64,000 bases of DNA from Ignavibacteriota bacterium (GCA_963801355.1 CAWDEM010000004.1:416001-480000); one strand, 5' to 3'. Counted from the first letter of the stretch, positions 30,989 to 42,533 are shown. The notes: generated by a model from the letters alone, not told the origin. Numbers and translations are program-made.

Positions 30989-31552
30989 TCACAATTTCCG
31001 AACCATATCGTAACACTTCTCCTTGGTCCATTTTGAGTCACTGAACTCGAACTCATCAAACAACTGATGCGCCGCATGGCGCAAGCTGCTGTATTCCTGT
31101 GGGTTCAGTTCATACTGCTGCGTGACATGCCGGGCGAAGTCGGATTTGCTGCCATCCCACTTGTGCCGTTTTCGGTGACTTCCGGCATCTTTGCCTGGGT
31201 CGCCACTTGATACAGGCAACTCCAAACCCTTGCTGCGGAACCATAGGGCGTAGATACCGATTATTCTCTCAAATATCGAAGCCCTGAGCTGGATGTGTTC
31301 GCTTGCCGGAAGAGACAGCAGCTGCTCCCGCCAGTGCTGTAATTCGACCGTGGCACGCTGAAGCCCCTCGGTGTTCAGCTTGATAGCCCTCAGGTTGCCA
31401 GTTTCACGATCTTTGACGTTCACCCAGGCGACGGTGTCATCGCTGAAGATCTTGCCTTCATCATCGCTCACGAGATCCACTTCGCGCGACACGAAGGAGT
31501 CTTCCCTTAGCTCAAGGATATCTTGATATAGTGTGAAACCTGTCCTGTTCAT
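30989..31552 (-). CDS. Hypothetical protein, possible DNA-binding C-terminus (RteC-like W-x-G-S-K motif)
   Basis: KWDGSKSDFARHV; TTCACGTGA palindromes immediately downstream (30948-30979). Confidence 0.5.
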   Translation of the reverse strand: MNRTGFTLYQDILELREDSFVSREVDLVSDDEGKIFSDDTVAWVNVKDRETGNLRAIKLNTEGLQRATVELQHWREQLLSLPASEHIQLRASIFERIIGIYALWFRSKGLELPVSSGDPGKDAGSHRKRHKWDGSKSDFARHVTQQYELNPQEYSSLRHAAHQLFDEFEFSDSKWTKEKCYDMVRKL

Positions 31553-31817
31553 GAGATCCTTTGACTATCCGTTCATTCTGAGGGGCAAGCTCACGTCTGC
31601 CACACAGACAGGGCCAACCCACACATATACTAAATCCCTACTCCCCCCCCGGAGCGTCGTCAGTCCTTTTGTCACATGAAACCAAGTGATCCGCCCAGGG
31701 AACGGGTGGCGCAGTCCACGGGGTTTCGCAAGGTCGTACTCGACTTTTTGACGTGCACAACACACCCAACCTGTCCCCTGGCCTCACTCGCCCTTTTGTA
31801 TAACAACTCGCAAGGTC

Positions 31818-31929
31818 GTTTATTTTCCGAGAGGTCCGAAAAAACGAGGGTGAGTGTGTAGTAATGCCTGAGGGGTCAACCCGTCCGAGGACGCAGGCCA
31901 GAAGGGGCAGCTGCTCGCAGCTCCCTCAC
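31818..31929 (+). repeat. ~110-bp imperfect direct repeat A (copy B at 42338-42449)
   Basis: GTTTATTTTCCGA...GAGGGTGAGTGTGTAGTAATG(C/T)CTGAGGGGTCAACCCGTCCGAG...GACGCAGG. Confidence 0.9.
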
Positions 31930-31931
31930 CC

Positions 31932-32558
31932 TCAATGGCCGACGTCTGGTGCAGCCGGAGGTGGGGGAGCAACGCCAGACTTGCCTCTTCTCTTTTTGAA
32001 CTGCTCGAACTTGTCTTGGAACGTAAACACGTACTCAAGCAGTGCGTTCGTGAATTCCAGTATGTCTCTCGCATCTTGAGCGGAGACGGTCACACTAACG
32101 CTATGGGCGGCTTCATTGCCAGAGATTCTAAGCGCGTCGGCCCATTCGAAAAGTCGGTTTTCAATAATCCCCTGATCCTTCATATCTTTGAGTGCAGAAG
32201 CAAGGTTCCGGCCTGTGACCTTGTGTTCTTCACAGATTCCCTCCAACGTCTTCCGGCACATAATGGCTGCTGCTGTGAACGCCTTTGTTCCAAAACAGGC
32301 TTGCGCCTCTTCGTAGGCTGAACGGATAGTCTTAGGGATCGTGGGGCTAACAGTTTTTTCCTTCGCAGGGTATATTTGAGAGGGTTCACTAAAACCCGAT
32401 CCTTCATCAACTTGGAGCATTAAGAACGGGCGTGCACATCGTGGACATTTCGCGAAAGTGTACCTGCCCAGCATCTCCACTTCGTCTTCGTATTTCTCGT
32501 ACGTGAAAAGTTCTTGTCCATCAACGATAGCCTCGCATTCCAGGCACCTAATTAGCAT
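31932..32558 (-). CDS. Zn-ribbon + DUF4145 (HEPN-like) protein
   Basis: CLEC/CPRC, AAAIMCRKTLE, RISGNEAAH; GGAGGA RBS. Confidence 0.85.
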   Translation of the reverse strand: MLIRCLECEAIVDGQELFTYEKYEDEVEMLGRYTFAKCPRCARPFLMLQVDEGSGFSEPSQIYPAKEKTVSPTIPKTIRSAYEEAQACFGTKAFTAAAIMCRKTLEGICEEHKVTGRNLASALKDMKDQGIIENRLFEWADALRISGNEAAHSVSVTVSAQDARDILEFTNALLEYVFTFQDKFEQFKKRRGKSGVAPPPPAAPDVGH

Positions 32559-32593
32559 GAGTTTGTCCTCCGATTGTTGCTCCCCCATGTGAC

Positions 32594-32653
32594 GCGGCTC
32601 ACCAGCGACGCTCGCGTCATGATCCGACTCCACGCGGCGTCAGGTGCAGCCGC
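32594..32653 (-). other. Decayed integron attC-like site
   Basis: GCGGCTGCACCTGACGCCGCGT...ACGCGAGCGTCGCTGGTGAGCCGC hairpin with an extrahelical G; R boxes eroded. Confidence 0.6.
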
Positions 32654-32670
32654 CGGGTAACCGGTTAAGA

Positions 32671-33417
32671 CTACCAGTTGAACTCAACGAACTGCGAAAG
32701 GTGGTTTCCATGTCGTTCTTCTATGCAACGTAGGTGATATTTCAATTGCGACATGCCGATCGGCTCCCCGTTGAACCAGATATCAGTTAAGGGTGCCGGT
32801 GGAGTTTCGGGTAGTAGGTACATCAAGAACTTGAATCCCCGAAAAGCGAAGAAGCCACCTGCAACAAATGCCTTGTCCTTGAACAAGGGAGCGAACATTA
32901 CGGTATCTGTCAAATGCAGGTTTTGACCAGCACGTGCAATGGAGTACAAACCAGCGTGACCAGAAAAAGGCCTAAGGCCAAACACACTTCCTACAAGTTC
33001 TTCTGTAGGTCTTCCCGGATGAGAGCCTTCCCCGATGGGAAGGTTTTCGTTGACGGAAATGTTGATGAGGGTCTTAAGAAACCACCGTTCAAGGATTGGG
33101 CCATCGATAGAATACCGCATCACTTTCCATAACTGAGGATTCCGGTCTTTTCTCACGTTGGATAACCTCATGAATTCCCGAAAGTACTTGAAGGCTGATG
33201 CACCCTCTTGGTCTACAACTGACAAGTCTGCGTTATGTTTCTCGCACAGGATCTTGGAAGTCAGGGAAGATAGGCCGATCTTTCTGGGTTCATCGCGACA
33301 CCACGAAAAGCCTTTCACCATAACGATGTCACCTTCGAACAATCCGCGGGAGACTATATGCTCCCTGGAAATCTTGTCCGTACACGAACCGATGGAGGAC
33401 GCCCAACATTCAGACAT
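32671..33417 (-). CDS. HNH-like nuclease domain protein
   Basis: CW...C...SREHIVS...LCEKHNADLS. Confidence 0.6.
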   Translation of the reverse strand: MSECWASSIGSCTDKISREHIVSRGLFEGDIVMVKGFSWCRDEPRKIGLSSLTSKILCEKHNADLSVVDQEGASAFKYFREFMRLSNVRKDRNPQLWKVMRYSIDGPILERWFLKTLINISVNENLPIGEGSHPGRPTEELVGSVFGLRPFSGHAGLYSIARAGQNLHLTDTVMFAPLFKDKAFVAGGFFAFRGFKFLMYLLPETPPAPLTDIWFNGEPIGMSQLKYHLRCIEERHGNHLSQFVEFNW

Positions 33418-33439
33418 CGGAGTGAGGATTCTCCCGAAG

Positions 33440-33510
33440 ATCTAACAAATGAGCTGATCCACCGACACAAAACGCAAACAGAATGGCGTCAGATTCAAAG
33501 CCTTGGCAGC
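33440..33510 (-). other. Decayed attC-like site
   Basis: Ends in GTTAGAT (GTTRRRY) just upstream of the next ATG; shares TTGCGTTTTG with the 44906 site. Confidence 0.45.
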
Positions 33511-33530
33511 CAGGTTCGTGTTTGCGACTG

Positions 33531-35923
33531 TCATGCGACATCCTGTTGCTGATACAGATACTTCTGGAAACCCGGCGAAGAGCGTGCCAATTTCCTCTGG
33601 TCTGCCCAGATCGACCACGGCGTCGGCGATGGAGTCGTGATACTTGAGCCGCAATAGGGGTGTGAGCTTGTCCTGGTCAAGTTCCTCTACGCCGACCGAC
33701 ACGTAGTGTGACAGCACGAAATCGAGGAACACTTGCTGTTTGGAGCTGAAACGAAGGTAGATATGGATCCTGGCACTGGCAGCCCGCACCTCACGGGTAA
33801 CTGGCGGGACAGCGTAGGCCACGTATGTCAGCACATCGAAGATGTCGCTCTTCTCGGCATCGATGATCTTCTGCATCTCGCGCAGTTGGTCACTGCCAAA
33901 ACCTTTCTCTGCGAGACCCTGCAGGAGTTTCTTTCGTGTATCCGGCACGCTCCAGAGAGTACGCAGTTCGGCCTCATTCTTGAAGAACTCCGGCAGCCTA
34001 CCGAAGAGCAGTTCCATGAACTGCTGCGCCGACATCGGTGTCCCGTCAGGATGCCAGAAGGTCGTAGCCATCATATGCTGGATGGTGCGCTCCTTGCCGT
34101 CAGCGAGTTTCACTTTCGCTTTCCGCTTCTTGTGGCACACGCAAGGACGCTTCCCGCAGATCGGGCAAGGTTCTTTCGGACACTCGCATGGGCTTTTGCC
34201 GCACACAGGGCACGGTACTTTTTCACACACGCAGGGGCGGCAACCGCATCTTGGGCATGGCTTCGGGTCCTCCGGTGCGAGTGGTTCACCATCCCATTCC
34301 GGATCGCTGAAATGGTGATGCGCCTTCACGAAGTCGTATATCGTAAAGTAGTCCTTACCATCGTAGAGCCGCGTACCACGCCCGATGATCTGCTTGAACT
34401 CGATGATGGTGTTGATGGGGCGCATCAGAACGATGTTACGAATGTTGCGGGCATCTACACCAGTGGAGAGCTTTTGTGAAGTAGTCAGGATCGTCGGGAT
34501 TGTCTTCTCGTTGTCCTGAAAGTCGCGAAGGTGTTGCTCACCCAACTCGCCGTCGTTAGCAGTGACCCGTTGGCAGTAGTTTGGGTCTGTACTCGTCTTC
34601 ATCTGGTTGATGAGGTCGCGCACCGCGAGCGCGTGAGCCTGGTTGGCACAGAACACCAGCGTCTTCTCGTTCTGGTCGATCTGTTCCATGAACAGTTTTA
34701 CGCGATGGGCTTCCCGTTCTCTAATCTCTATGATCTTGTTGAAGTCGTCTTCGGTGTAGCGCTTCCCGGTTTCGATCTCGCCCTCGATCACCCTGTCATC
34801 GGTTGTATAGACATACTCATCGAGCGTCGTGGAGATTTGCTTCACCTTGAATGGCGTTAGGAACCCATCGTTGATGCCTTCCTTGAGCGAGTAGATGTAT
34901 ACTGGATCACCAAAGTAGGCGTAGGTGTCCACGTTGTCCTTACGCTTGGGCGTGGCAGTGAGGCCGAGCTGGACCGCCGGGGCGAAATACACCAAGATGT
35001 CGCGCCAGTTACTTTCGTCATTTGCCCCTCCGCGATGGCATTCGTCAATTACGATAAAGTCGAAGAAGTCAGGCGGGTACTCGCCAAAGTATGGCGACGG
35101 TTTGCCATCCTTGGGGGGACCACTCATGAAGGTCTGAAAGATGGTGAAGAACAGGCTCCCGTTCTTCGGCACCCTGCCCTTTTTGCGGATGTCCTCCGGC
35201 TGCGATCCGTACCATCGCGTCTTCCGGGAAGGCGGAGAAGTTGTTGTAGGCCTGGTTGGCAAGGATGTTCCGATCTGCGAGGAACAGGATTCGCGGGTGA
35301 CGCGATGGTTCGCGGCTCAAGTTCCAGCGACTGTGGAAAAGCTTCCACGCGACCTGAAATGCGATGAACGTCTTGCCTGTGCCAGTGGCGAGCGTGAGCA
35401 GGATGCGGTCCCGGCCCTCCGTAATGGCTTCCATCACCCGCTCGACGGCGATGTCCTGATAGTAGCGGCTCGGATGAGTTCCGCCTTTGTCCTCGAACGG
35501 CACGGCGGAGAAGCGGTCGCGCCAGGCGTTCTGCGCAGCGAAGGTCAAATTCCAGAGTTCCTGCGGCTTGGGGTAGTGCCTCACCTCGCCTTCCTTGCCG
35601 GTATCCATGTCGATGCTATAGATGCCCTGGCCGTTGGTGGAATAAGTGTAGCGGACGACCATCTTCCCGGCGTAGTTCTTTGCCTGTCCCACGCCCTCAG
35701 TCAGCTCTTCATCCCACGCTTTGGCTTCGATCACGGCCAACTTGCAGTTGCGATAGACCAGGATGTAGTCCGCGGTAAGTGCTTTGCCACGGTGGCCGAG
35801 TCCTTCGATGCGACCCGGCGTGATAGGATATTCGCGTAGGATCCTGCTGCCATCGACAACGCCCCATCCTGCCGCTTTCAGCGCGGGGTCAATATGCTCA
35901 GCTCTGGTTTCGGCTTCGTTCAT
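33531..35923 (-). pseudogene. hsdR: Type I restriction subunit R (EcoEI/EcoAI-like), frameshifted
   Basis: NEAETR, ADY..VIEAK, LATGTGKT, DECHRG, LTATPKR, QIIGRGTR; frame changes near 35210 and 33570. Confidence 0.9.
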
Positions 35924-35936
35924 GTCCCATTTTCTG

Positions 35937-37169
35937 TCATAGATGGCCGCTGAATGCTTGGTGCAGCAGCGACTTCTTTAACGCCTCCAACGCGGCGAGT
36001 TTGCGCTGATAGATCGATTCGAGGCGCCGGGTTTCAGTGGAGAGCGACTGATCAAGTTTGGTGACGATTGTCTGTTGCTCGCTCAGCGATTCGGGAAGTA
36101 GACTTCGATTTCCTTGATTTCGCTTATGACGAGATTCATATTGGCCGTGCCTCGGGTCCTCTTTTGAGATTGCTCTCGTGCAAACGGGGCATTGAGCGAA
36201 ATGCTCAAGATACAGATTGAAAACAATATCGTGCTTGGGTTTCAGTAGGGCAACGCTGACGAAGATGCTATCTCGGAACATGACGTCAAAACCTGAGCAT
36301 TCCTGTTGTACCGACTTTGCGTAGACAGGATATGCACCCCTGACCGGTTTAGATCTTCTGGTAAGGAACTCATGCTCCGCGACTGAAACCTATCCCTGTA
36401 GGTCTGGGAAAAGCTGGTGAGGAACCTGGTCCGCATTGCTGATGTCCCCGGTTTGAACGAAGGGGTATCATCCGCCGTAGAGTTTCGGTATGCTGGCGTG
36501 CTTCGTCTGCGACGTCAAGCACCTTTGTACATCACTTAACTTCGCTCCCAACCAACCCTTGCCACGCTGGCCAAAGACGGACTGGAGGTGGCTATCGAAG
36601 AGTGCGCGGGCGTTTTGGAGGTTCTTTTCGGCATTGGTTTTGGCGGTAGCAATGCCCTCAAACGCCTTGTCGAGGATACCGACGATCCGCCTTTGATCGG
36701 AGAGTGATTCGGGGTAGTGCACCGAAAACTTCTCGGTCAATACAGACCGAGCCAATTCCGTCTGGCCTCCACAACCCTCGCCGGCTTCCTTTATGGCATC
36801 TTCGATGACAACGAGCATGTACCCGAAGAAGTCCGAATGGAACTGACCTGGGATGGGTCGAACGATGGTCACATGTGAATCAACAGTCGTCGGTTCGGGA
36901 GGATCCTCCCGCAGCTGTGCGACCCGACCAAGAGTCCCTGTCCCAGTGGAGTTGACGAGAACATCGCCGGCTCGGATAAAACGCTCACCTGCCACCTTCT
37001 TTGCCCGTGCATTGTGTCTACGTGAAGGTTCAAAGCTGACGCGATGGTCCCGAATGCACTTCTGATTGAGGACACATACCCCACCAACTTCCAGATACGT
37101 GGGAGAGATCCCTCGATTGAGAAACGAGCAGACTTCACCCAGACGTTTGGTTTGCCATTCTTTCTTCAC
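35937..37169 (-). pseudogene. hsdS: Type I specificity subunit S, several frameshifts
   Basis: WQTKRLGEV, DQRRIVGILD, EQQTIV..LD, LKKSLLHQAFSGHL. Confidence 0.85.
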
Positions 37170-38623
37170 AGCAATCCCCGAATGGTCTGTAGCACTACTT
37201 CGCTTTCGGCGTCAAGTGCGGCGATTTCGTCCATGATCACCTGGGGGCTACGGTGTTTCACCACCTCCTCGCCGTTCGGGTTCTTCACCGAGAGGTCAAA
37301 GGTTGTCTGGTCAATGCCCTTCACATCCACGGTCCAGCTCTTTGGCGAGTCGGCTTTGGACTTCTGCAGCTTCACAAACTCTGCAAGGTCGTCAGCATTG
37401 AGTGGGTTGGTTTTGCCGAGGTTGCGGCCAGGGTCAAGCTGGTAGTACCAGATCTTACGCGTGGATGCGCCTTTGTCAAAGAACAAGCACCACAGTCTTC
37501 ACACCCGCCCCCTGGAACGTTCCGCTGGGGCAATCAAGCACTGTATGCAGGCTGCAACTTTCCAGCAGCAGCTTCCTCAGGCTCACCGAGGCATTATCGG
37601 TGTTGGACAAGAAGGTGTTCTTGATGACCACGCCACCACGACCTCCAGCCTTGAGCATCTTGATGAAATGTTGAAGGAATAGAAAAGCTGTCTCGCCGGT
37701 ACGTATGGGGAAGTTTTGCTGAACCTCCTTGCGTTCCTTGCCACCGAAGGGTGGATTGGCCAAGGATCACGTCGAAACGGTCCTTCTCCTGAATGTCAGC
37801 AAGGTTCTCTGTAAGTGTGTTGGTATGCAGGATGTTTGGCGCATCGATGCCGTGTAGGATCATATTCATGATCGCGATGACATAGGCAAGTGACTTCTTC
37901 TCCTTGCCATAGAATGTACTGGTCTGAAGCTTGGTAAGATCTCTTGGTGGTGAGCTTTCCCTTTGCCTTCATAAACTCGAACGACTCGCACAAGAAGCCC
38001 GCAGACCCGACGGCGCCGTCGTAAATGCGTTCACCTATCTTGGGTTGTAACCACCTGCACGATGGCACGGATAAGTGGACGTGGAGTGTAGTACTCGCCT
38101 CCATTGCGTCCAGCATTACCCATGTTCCTGATCTTGGCTTCGTACAGGTGCGACAGTTCGTGCTTCTCGGTCTGCGAACGGAAGCGGAGTTCGTCAATGT
38201 GGTCGATGATCTCGCGCATATTGTAGCCACTGGAGATCTTGTTCTTGATCTCTCCGAAGATCTCGCCGATCTTGTACTCGATGGTGTTTGGTCCGGTGGC
38301 TTTCTGCTTGAAGCCGTGGAGGTAAGGGAAGAGCTTCTGATTGACGAAGTCACGCAGGTCGTCACCGGTGAGGGCCGTGTTGTGGTCGAGCTTGCCGTCT
38401 TTCCCCTTCGGTGCAGCCCAGGTTTCCCAACGGTAGGGTCTCTCGAGAATGTATGTATCTTCTTCCCCTCCAGTGCAGCCTCATCGGCGCGGTCCTGCTC
38501 CAGACCGTCGAGGTACTTCAGGAACAGCAGCCAGGATGTCTGCTCGGTGTAGTCCAGCTCGGTCGTGCAGCCGGCCTCTTTCCGGAGGACGTCATCGATG
38601 TTTTTGAAGGCTTGTTCGAACAT
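37166..38623 (-). pseudogene. hsdM: Type I methyltransferase subunit M, several frameshifts
   Basis: YTEQTSWLLFLKY, GEYYTPR, YDGAVGSAGFL, ANPPFGG. Confidence 0.9.
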
Positions 38624-38699
38624 TTACACTAATCCCCTTCGTAACTATTATCGTCGTCGTTTTTGGCGTGTGTCTCTTGCGAGCTTGCAGCATGCAGAC

Positions 38700-38730
38700 A
38701 AGATGCAGTCGCTAACGGCGACTGCATCTT
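38700..38730. other. Perfect 13-bp hairpin between pAgo and hsdM
   Basis: AAGATGCAGTCGC-TAACG-GCGACTGCATCTT. Confidence 0.7.
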
Positions 38731-38824
38731 CATCGGCTCGTTTGCACGAGGGCTAGTTGCAGCACCGAGAGCCAATGCTACCAGTTGTGACACATCCGAA
38801 CGCCCCCTACACCCAAGCCACACA

Positions 38825-40249
38825 CTACATGAAGAATCGGAATTGGTAGGGCGTGGCACCCAAGCCTGGCATCCGCTTGACTACACGCGCAAGCACCTCC
38901 GCATAGCTCATGGTCACGGGCAATGGATCGTAGAGCGCGTCGTTATTCCAGTTCATTTTCGAAAGTGCAAGCACCGCACGAGCCGTGTCATCCCAGGTTC
39001 CATGGCCGGCGTAGCGCACGAGGCGGAGCGGGCGAGGAGTGCTCCGCGCGCCCTGGAAATACGATCCACGCCGGCTGATGTCTCGTACGTCGCCATGGGT
39101 CCACAGGAGCGCCTCCCGCGGACCGATAGTAATCACTGTGCCGCGTGAAACTGGGAAGGGGGTCGGTTCTTCTTTCCTTCCTTCTGCACGATCATTGTCG
39201 ATGCGCACGCCGCGCCAACCCACATTCTGCACCACCTGAAGGAGATCGGCCGCCTCACACAGATGGAGGGCCTCCATGGCGCCGTCAACCTCATCCCGCT
39301 TGAACTCAGTGGTCTTGTGGACCATCACGCGGCGGGGAGAGCGCCCAGCGTGTCGGTGACGGTAAAGGTCCAGTGAGCGGGTCATGACCCGAAACATCTC
39401 ATTTCGTGAGAGAAACGGGTTGTCTCGCTGGACCTCGACCTCGTGGGCATCGTAGGCCACAAATTCCATTCCCGAACCCTCGGCGTCAAACACCTGACTG
39501 CAGCAGGTCACAAACCGCGGCCGGTCCGATTCAGGGGGGCGAATAGCGTACGATATGCCGATGTAGGCTGTCTCCGGATCCATCTCCGCAAGCTTCCAAG
39601 GCACTCCACCAGCCTTCGCGTAAAGTGCAAGCCCAATGCGCCACATGACGCTGGCTCGGTCCGGGTACGCGAGAGCCCTGTCCTCCCGGACCAGCTGAAT
39701 GGGCAGTCCCCGAGGAGCCGTAGCAGCTTTCAAGTGGTCATGGAGATCGAAGTCCTCAGCTGCGCCGCCGACAAAACCGAGGGCCCAACGTTGTGGGAGG
39801 TAGATACACAAGATGTCAAATTCGGTACGGTGAGCCTCAAGACTTTGAATCGCCCGTACCAATGCGTCGGCAAGTAAGACGTGAGGTGTCTTGGAAGTGC
39901 GGAACTCGGCTTCGAATTGCGGCCTGAGTTCGACGTGACAGTGACCACCAGCACTCCGCGTGTGCAGCCCGAAGACGGTCGGAAAACCGGGCCACTGGGG
40001 GAGGTAGTCCTTGCGCTCAGTCGGAGCGTACGTGGCATTGAGTTCTTTCATGAAGCCGTACAGGCGGGGGCTCTCGCCTGCTGGGGCCAAGGTCGCAACG
40101 CGAATAGGGTCAGGCACCAGGCCAGCCGAATAAGGGCCGAACCGGAGCAACCCACGCAACGGGTGAACCTCACGATCGCTGGTGCGGTCCGGGTGGAAGG
40201 CAAGCTTGGGTTCAGGCAGCCACACGTGTGGGAGAATCTCGCTACTCAT
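38825..40249 (-). CDS. ago: Short prokaryotic Argonaute (MID-PIWI, catalytically inactive)
   Basis: EPKLAF, HPLRGLLRFGPY, LHDHLK..IQ..YAKAGGVPW, YIGISY, VHKTTEF, LSKMNWN, PVT; ATGA overlap with SIR2-APAZ. Confidence 0.93.
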   Translation of the reverse strand: MSSEILPHVWLPEPKLAFHPDRTSDREVHPLRGLLRFGPYSAGLVPDPIRVATLAPAGESPRLYGFMKELNATYAPTERKDYLPQWPGFPTVFGLHTRSAGGHCHVELRPQFEAEFRTSKTPHVLLADALVRAIQSLEAHRTEFDILCIYLPQRWALGFVGGAAEDFDLHDHLKAATAPRGLPIQLVREDRALAYPDRASVMWRIGLALYAKAGGVPWKLAEMDPETAYIGISYAIRPPESDRPRFVTCCSQVFDAEGSGMEFVAYDAHEVEVQRDNPFLSRNEMFRVMTRSLDLYRHRHAGRSPRRVMVHKTTEFKRDEVDGAMEALHLCEAADLLQVVQNVGWRGVRIDNDRAEGRKEEPTPFPVSRGTVITIGPREALLWTHGDVRDISRRGSYFQGARSTPRPLRLVRYAGHGTWDDTARAVLALSKMNWNNDALYDPLPVTMSYAEVLARVVKRMPGLGATPYQFRFFM

Positions 40250-41989
40250 ACCCGAACTCTCTTTGAGAAACATGTGTCCGAGGAGAGTCGAAAAGCGGCA
40301 TCGACGCCGTCTCCAATACCCAGAGCGCGAAATTCGCTACCGTCACCGGCGAGCAAGTCCGCCCAAAAAGTGATCAACTCATTCAGCTGCCGGTTATAGC
40401 GTTTGACCGTGCGTCCTCGAGCGAGGTCAGCAGCAGCTGCCTTGTTGCCATCAGTGATGCCGTCGAAGACAGTGCGTGGCTCGACCAGCAGCCATAGGCG
40501 GTCATCGGCCCAATCCAGACAGATCCCGAGGCCCTCGCGCCATTGCAGCTCGGGATGATCTTTCACCGTCCCGCTAACCACCCCTACCAAGCGCTGTAGC
40601 GGCGCCCAGGCTGCGTCCTTCGGGTCAGTCGGCGCAAGCAGATCGGTCCTGTGCCGACGGATGGCGTCGAAGCCAAACCGACGCATGAGCGCATGGGTCA
40701 GCGCTTCGCGGAGCAGTCCACGCTCACCGGATTCGTAACGTAAGCGATTGGTTTCTATGGTATGGAGGTCGAAGCCAGTTATGTCATATCGGCCAAACGC
40801 GCTTCGCACGTCTGCATCTGAGCCGAAGGCCAGGACGCATGCGTGCGTGCGGGCAACGAGAACGTTCACGCGAGCACGTTCTACCGCCTCCCGCACCTCA
40901 GCGAGTCCACCTACCTGACAGACCACGCGCCGACACACACTCGGCATCTGAACAACAGGCAGGGCGTTGAGGCGCACCACCGGCCAGCCACGCCCGCCGT
41001 CCGAACGCGGTGCTGCGCTCCAGCGCCGACGCTCCGTAGCGAACGTATCGAGCACCTTAGTATCAATACCCTTTCGCAGGCGCACCAAATCGCGCAGCGC
41101 CTCGTCGAAGTTCTCAACCCCTACCAACGCCGCATCCACTCCCGCCCTGACTGCACGCGTCAGTAGTTGACCAACGCGAGGCAGCAGTGGGTCGTCGCCG
41201 CGGTGTAACCAAAAAAGTCCAGCCGGGTAAGCGCTGTTGTGCTCCAACGCCTCTTCGAGCGCGTTCATGATAGAGTCATCGCGGCCGCTGTAACCGATCA
41301 CCACAAGCCCAAATCTACGGCACGACTCGACCAACACCTGCCTCAGGCGAACGTCCTGGTGTCTCAACTCATCACCCGTATTCTTCAACCGCCGCGAGTG
41401 AAAGTCACCATGTAGCTTTACTTCGATTGGCCAACGTCCCTCGTTGATGAGCTGTAACGCCTGGTCCGGCGCGTCAAGGGCTACGGTCGTCAGGGTCCCC
41501 GTGGTTTGATACACTTTGGCGCAAGCATCTGCTACGAGAGAGTCAAAATTCGTCGTCCACACCAGACGCGTGAGTTGCGCGCGCATCAGCGTGGCAAGTG
41601 CCAAGTGCCCGTAGGAAGGCTTCGCCCCGGTCATCTTCGCATCTAAGTAGGCTCGCCGATCTGCTTCGGCCGGATATACCGCCTCGAACAGGGTAGCGTA
41701 CTCGTCCGGAGAGCCCGGCGGCGGCAGATTCTCCGAGGAGTCAATGTGGGCCTGCAACTGCGCTCGAACCGCCGGATTAGAAAGATCAGGACACGGTTTG
41801 GAGCGAGGCTCGGCGCTGACTGACGAAAAGCTGCTGTTTGAACTCCCACACCATATCCGAGGCGGTGGGAACACCTGCGGAGGCTGAAGCACCGGCGCCG
41901 AGTAGCCACATCAGGTTTCCGGCGCGCAGTGAAAAGCGCCGTGCGAAGTCATCGGCGCCGATCTGGTTTGGTGTTGCCTCAGTGTTCAT
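40246..41989 (-). CDS. SIR2-APAZ NADase (SPARSA partner), one frameshift near 41788
   Basis: WLLGAGASASAG, WTTNFD, KLHGD, IGYSGRD; C-terminal LLVEPR..RYNRQLNELI.FW. Confidence 0.9.
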
Positions 41990-42231
41990 AAGACGGCCAC
42001 CAACAACACGAACTGGATTTCCACACGAGTTCGTGGCTAATTGGAAGATCCTAATCTTCGCCGACATACCTGGGCAGCGTAGGATTGTCTTCCCACATAA
42101 GCCGTCAAACTGGCATCAGCAGGGTATCGCTAATACTCAGGTTGAGCTCTAATTCGCGAATGTGTTACTCATGCGGATCAGCTTCGGCTTTCGATCCCCC
42201 CGAGTATACACCAGGTATTGCCTACTCAGAC

Positions 42232-42260
42232 AAGGTACAACAATCGCTCGAGTCCGTCAA
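42232..42260 (-). promoter_or_regulatory. sigma70-type promoter upstream of the SIR2-Ago-RM block
   Basis: TTGACG-17 nt-TACCTT. Confidence 0.55.
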
Positions 42261-42337
42261 TGGTGGTCGTGAAAGTGAGTATGGGCCCGGATTTCGTTGC
42301 GTGGTGTCCCTGCGGGAGAGGCTGACACAAAGAGTCA

Positions 42338-42449
42338 GTTTATTTTCCGAAGGGGTCGGAAAAGTGAGGGTGAGTGTGTAGTAATGTCTGAGGGGTCAAC
42401 CCGTCCGAGAGACGCAGGAGAAGGGGGGACGCCACTCCCGTCCCCTCAC
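42338..42449 (+). repeat. Direct repeat B (copy of 31818-31929)
   Basis: Same core as repeat A; includes the TTTTCCGA-5 nt-TCGGAAAA palindrome. Confidence 0.9.
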
Positions 42450-42533
42450 GGACCGGATTGAAGACGTTGGAGAGACTTGTTTGGTGAAACCTTAAGTGCA
42501 ATGAGATGTACAGCGATCACGAGAAGAGTCAAC

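Noticed and set aside
38825-40249. Argonaute as an active slicer or new Ago class
   Set aside because: The first catalytic Asp is absent, and size and partner fit the known SPARSA type.
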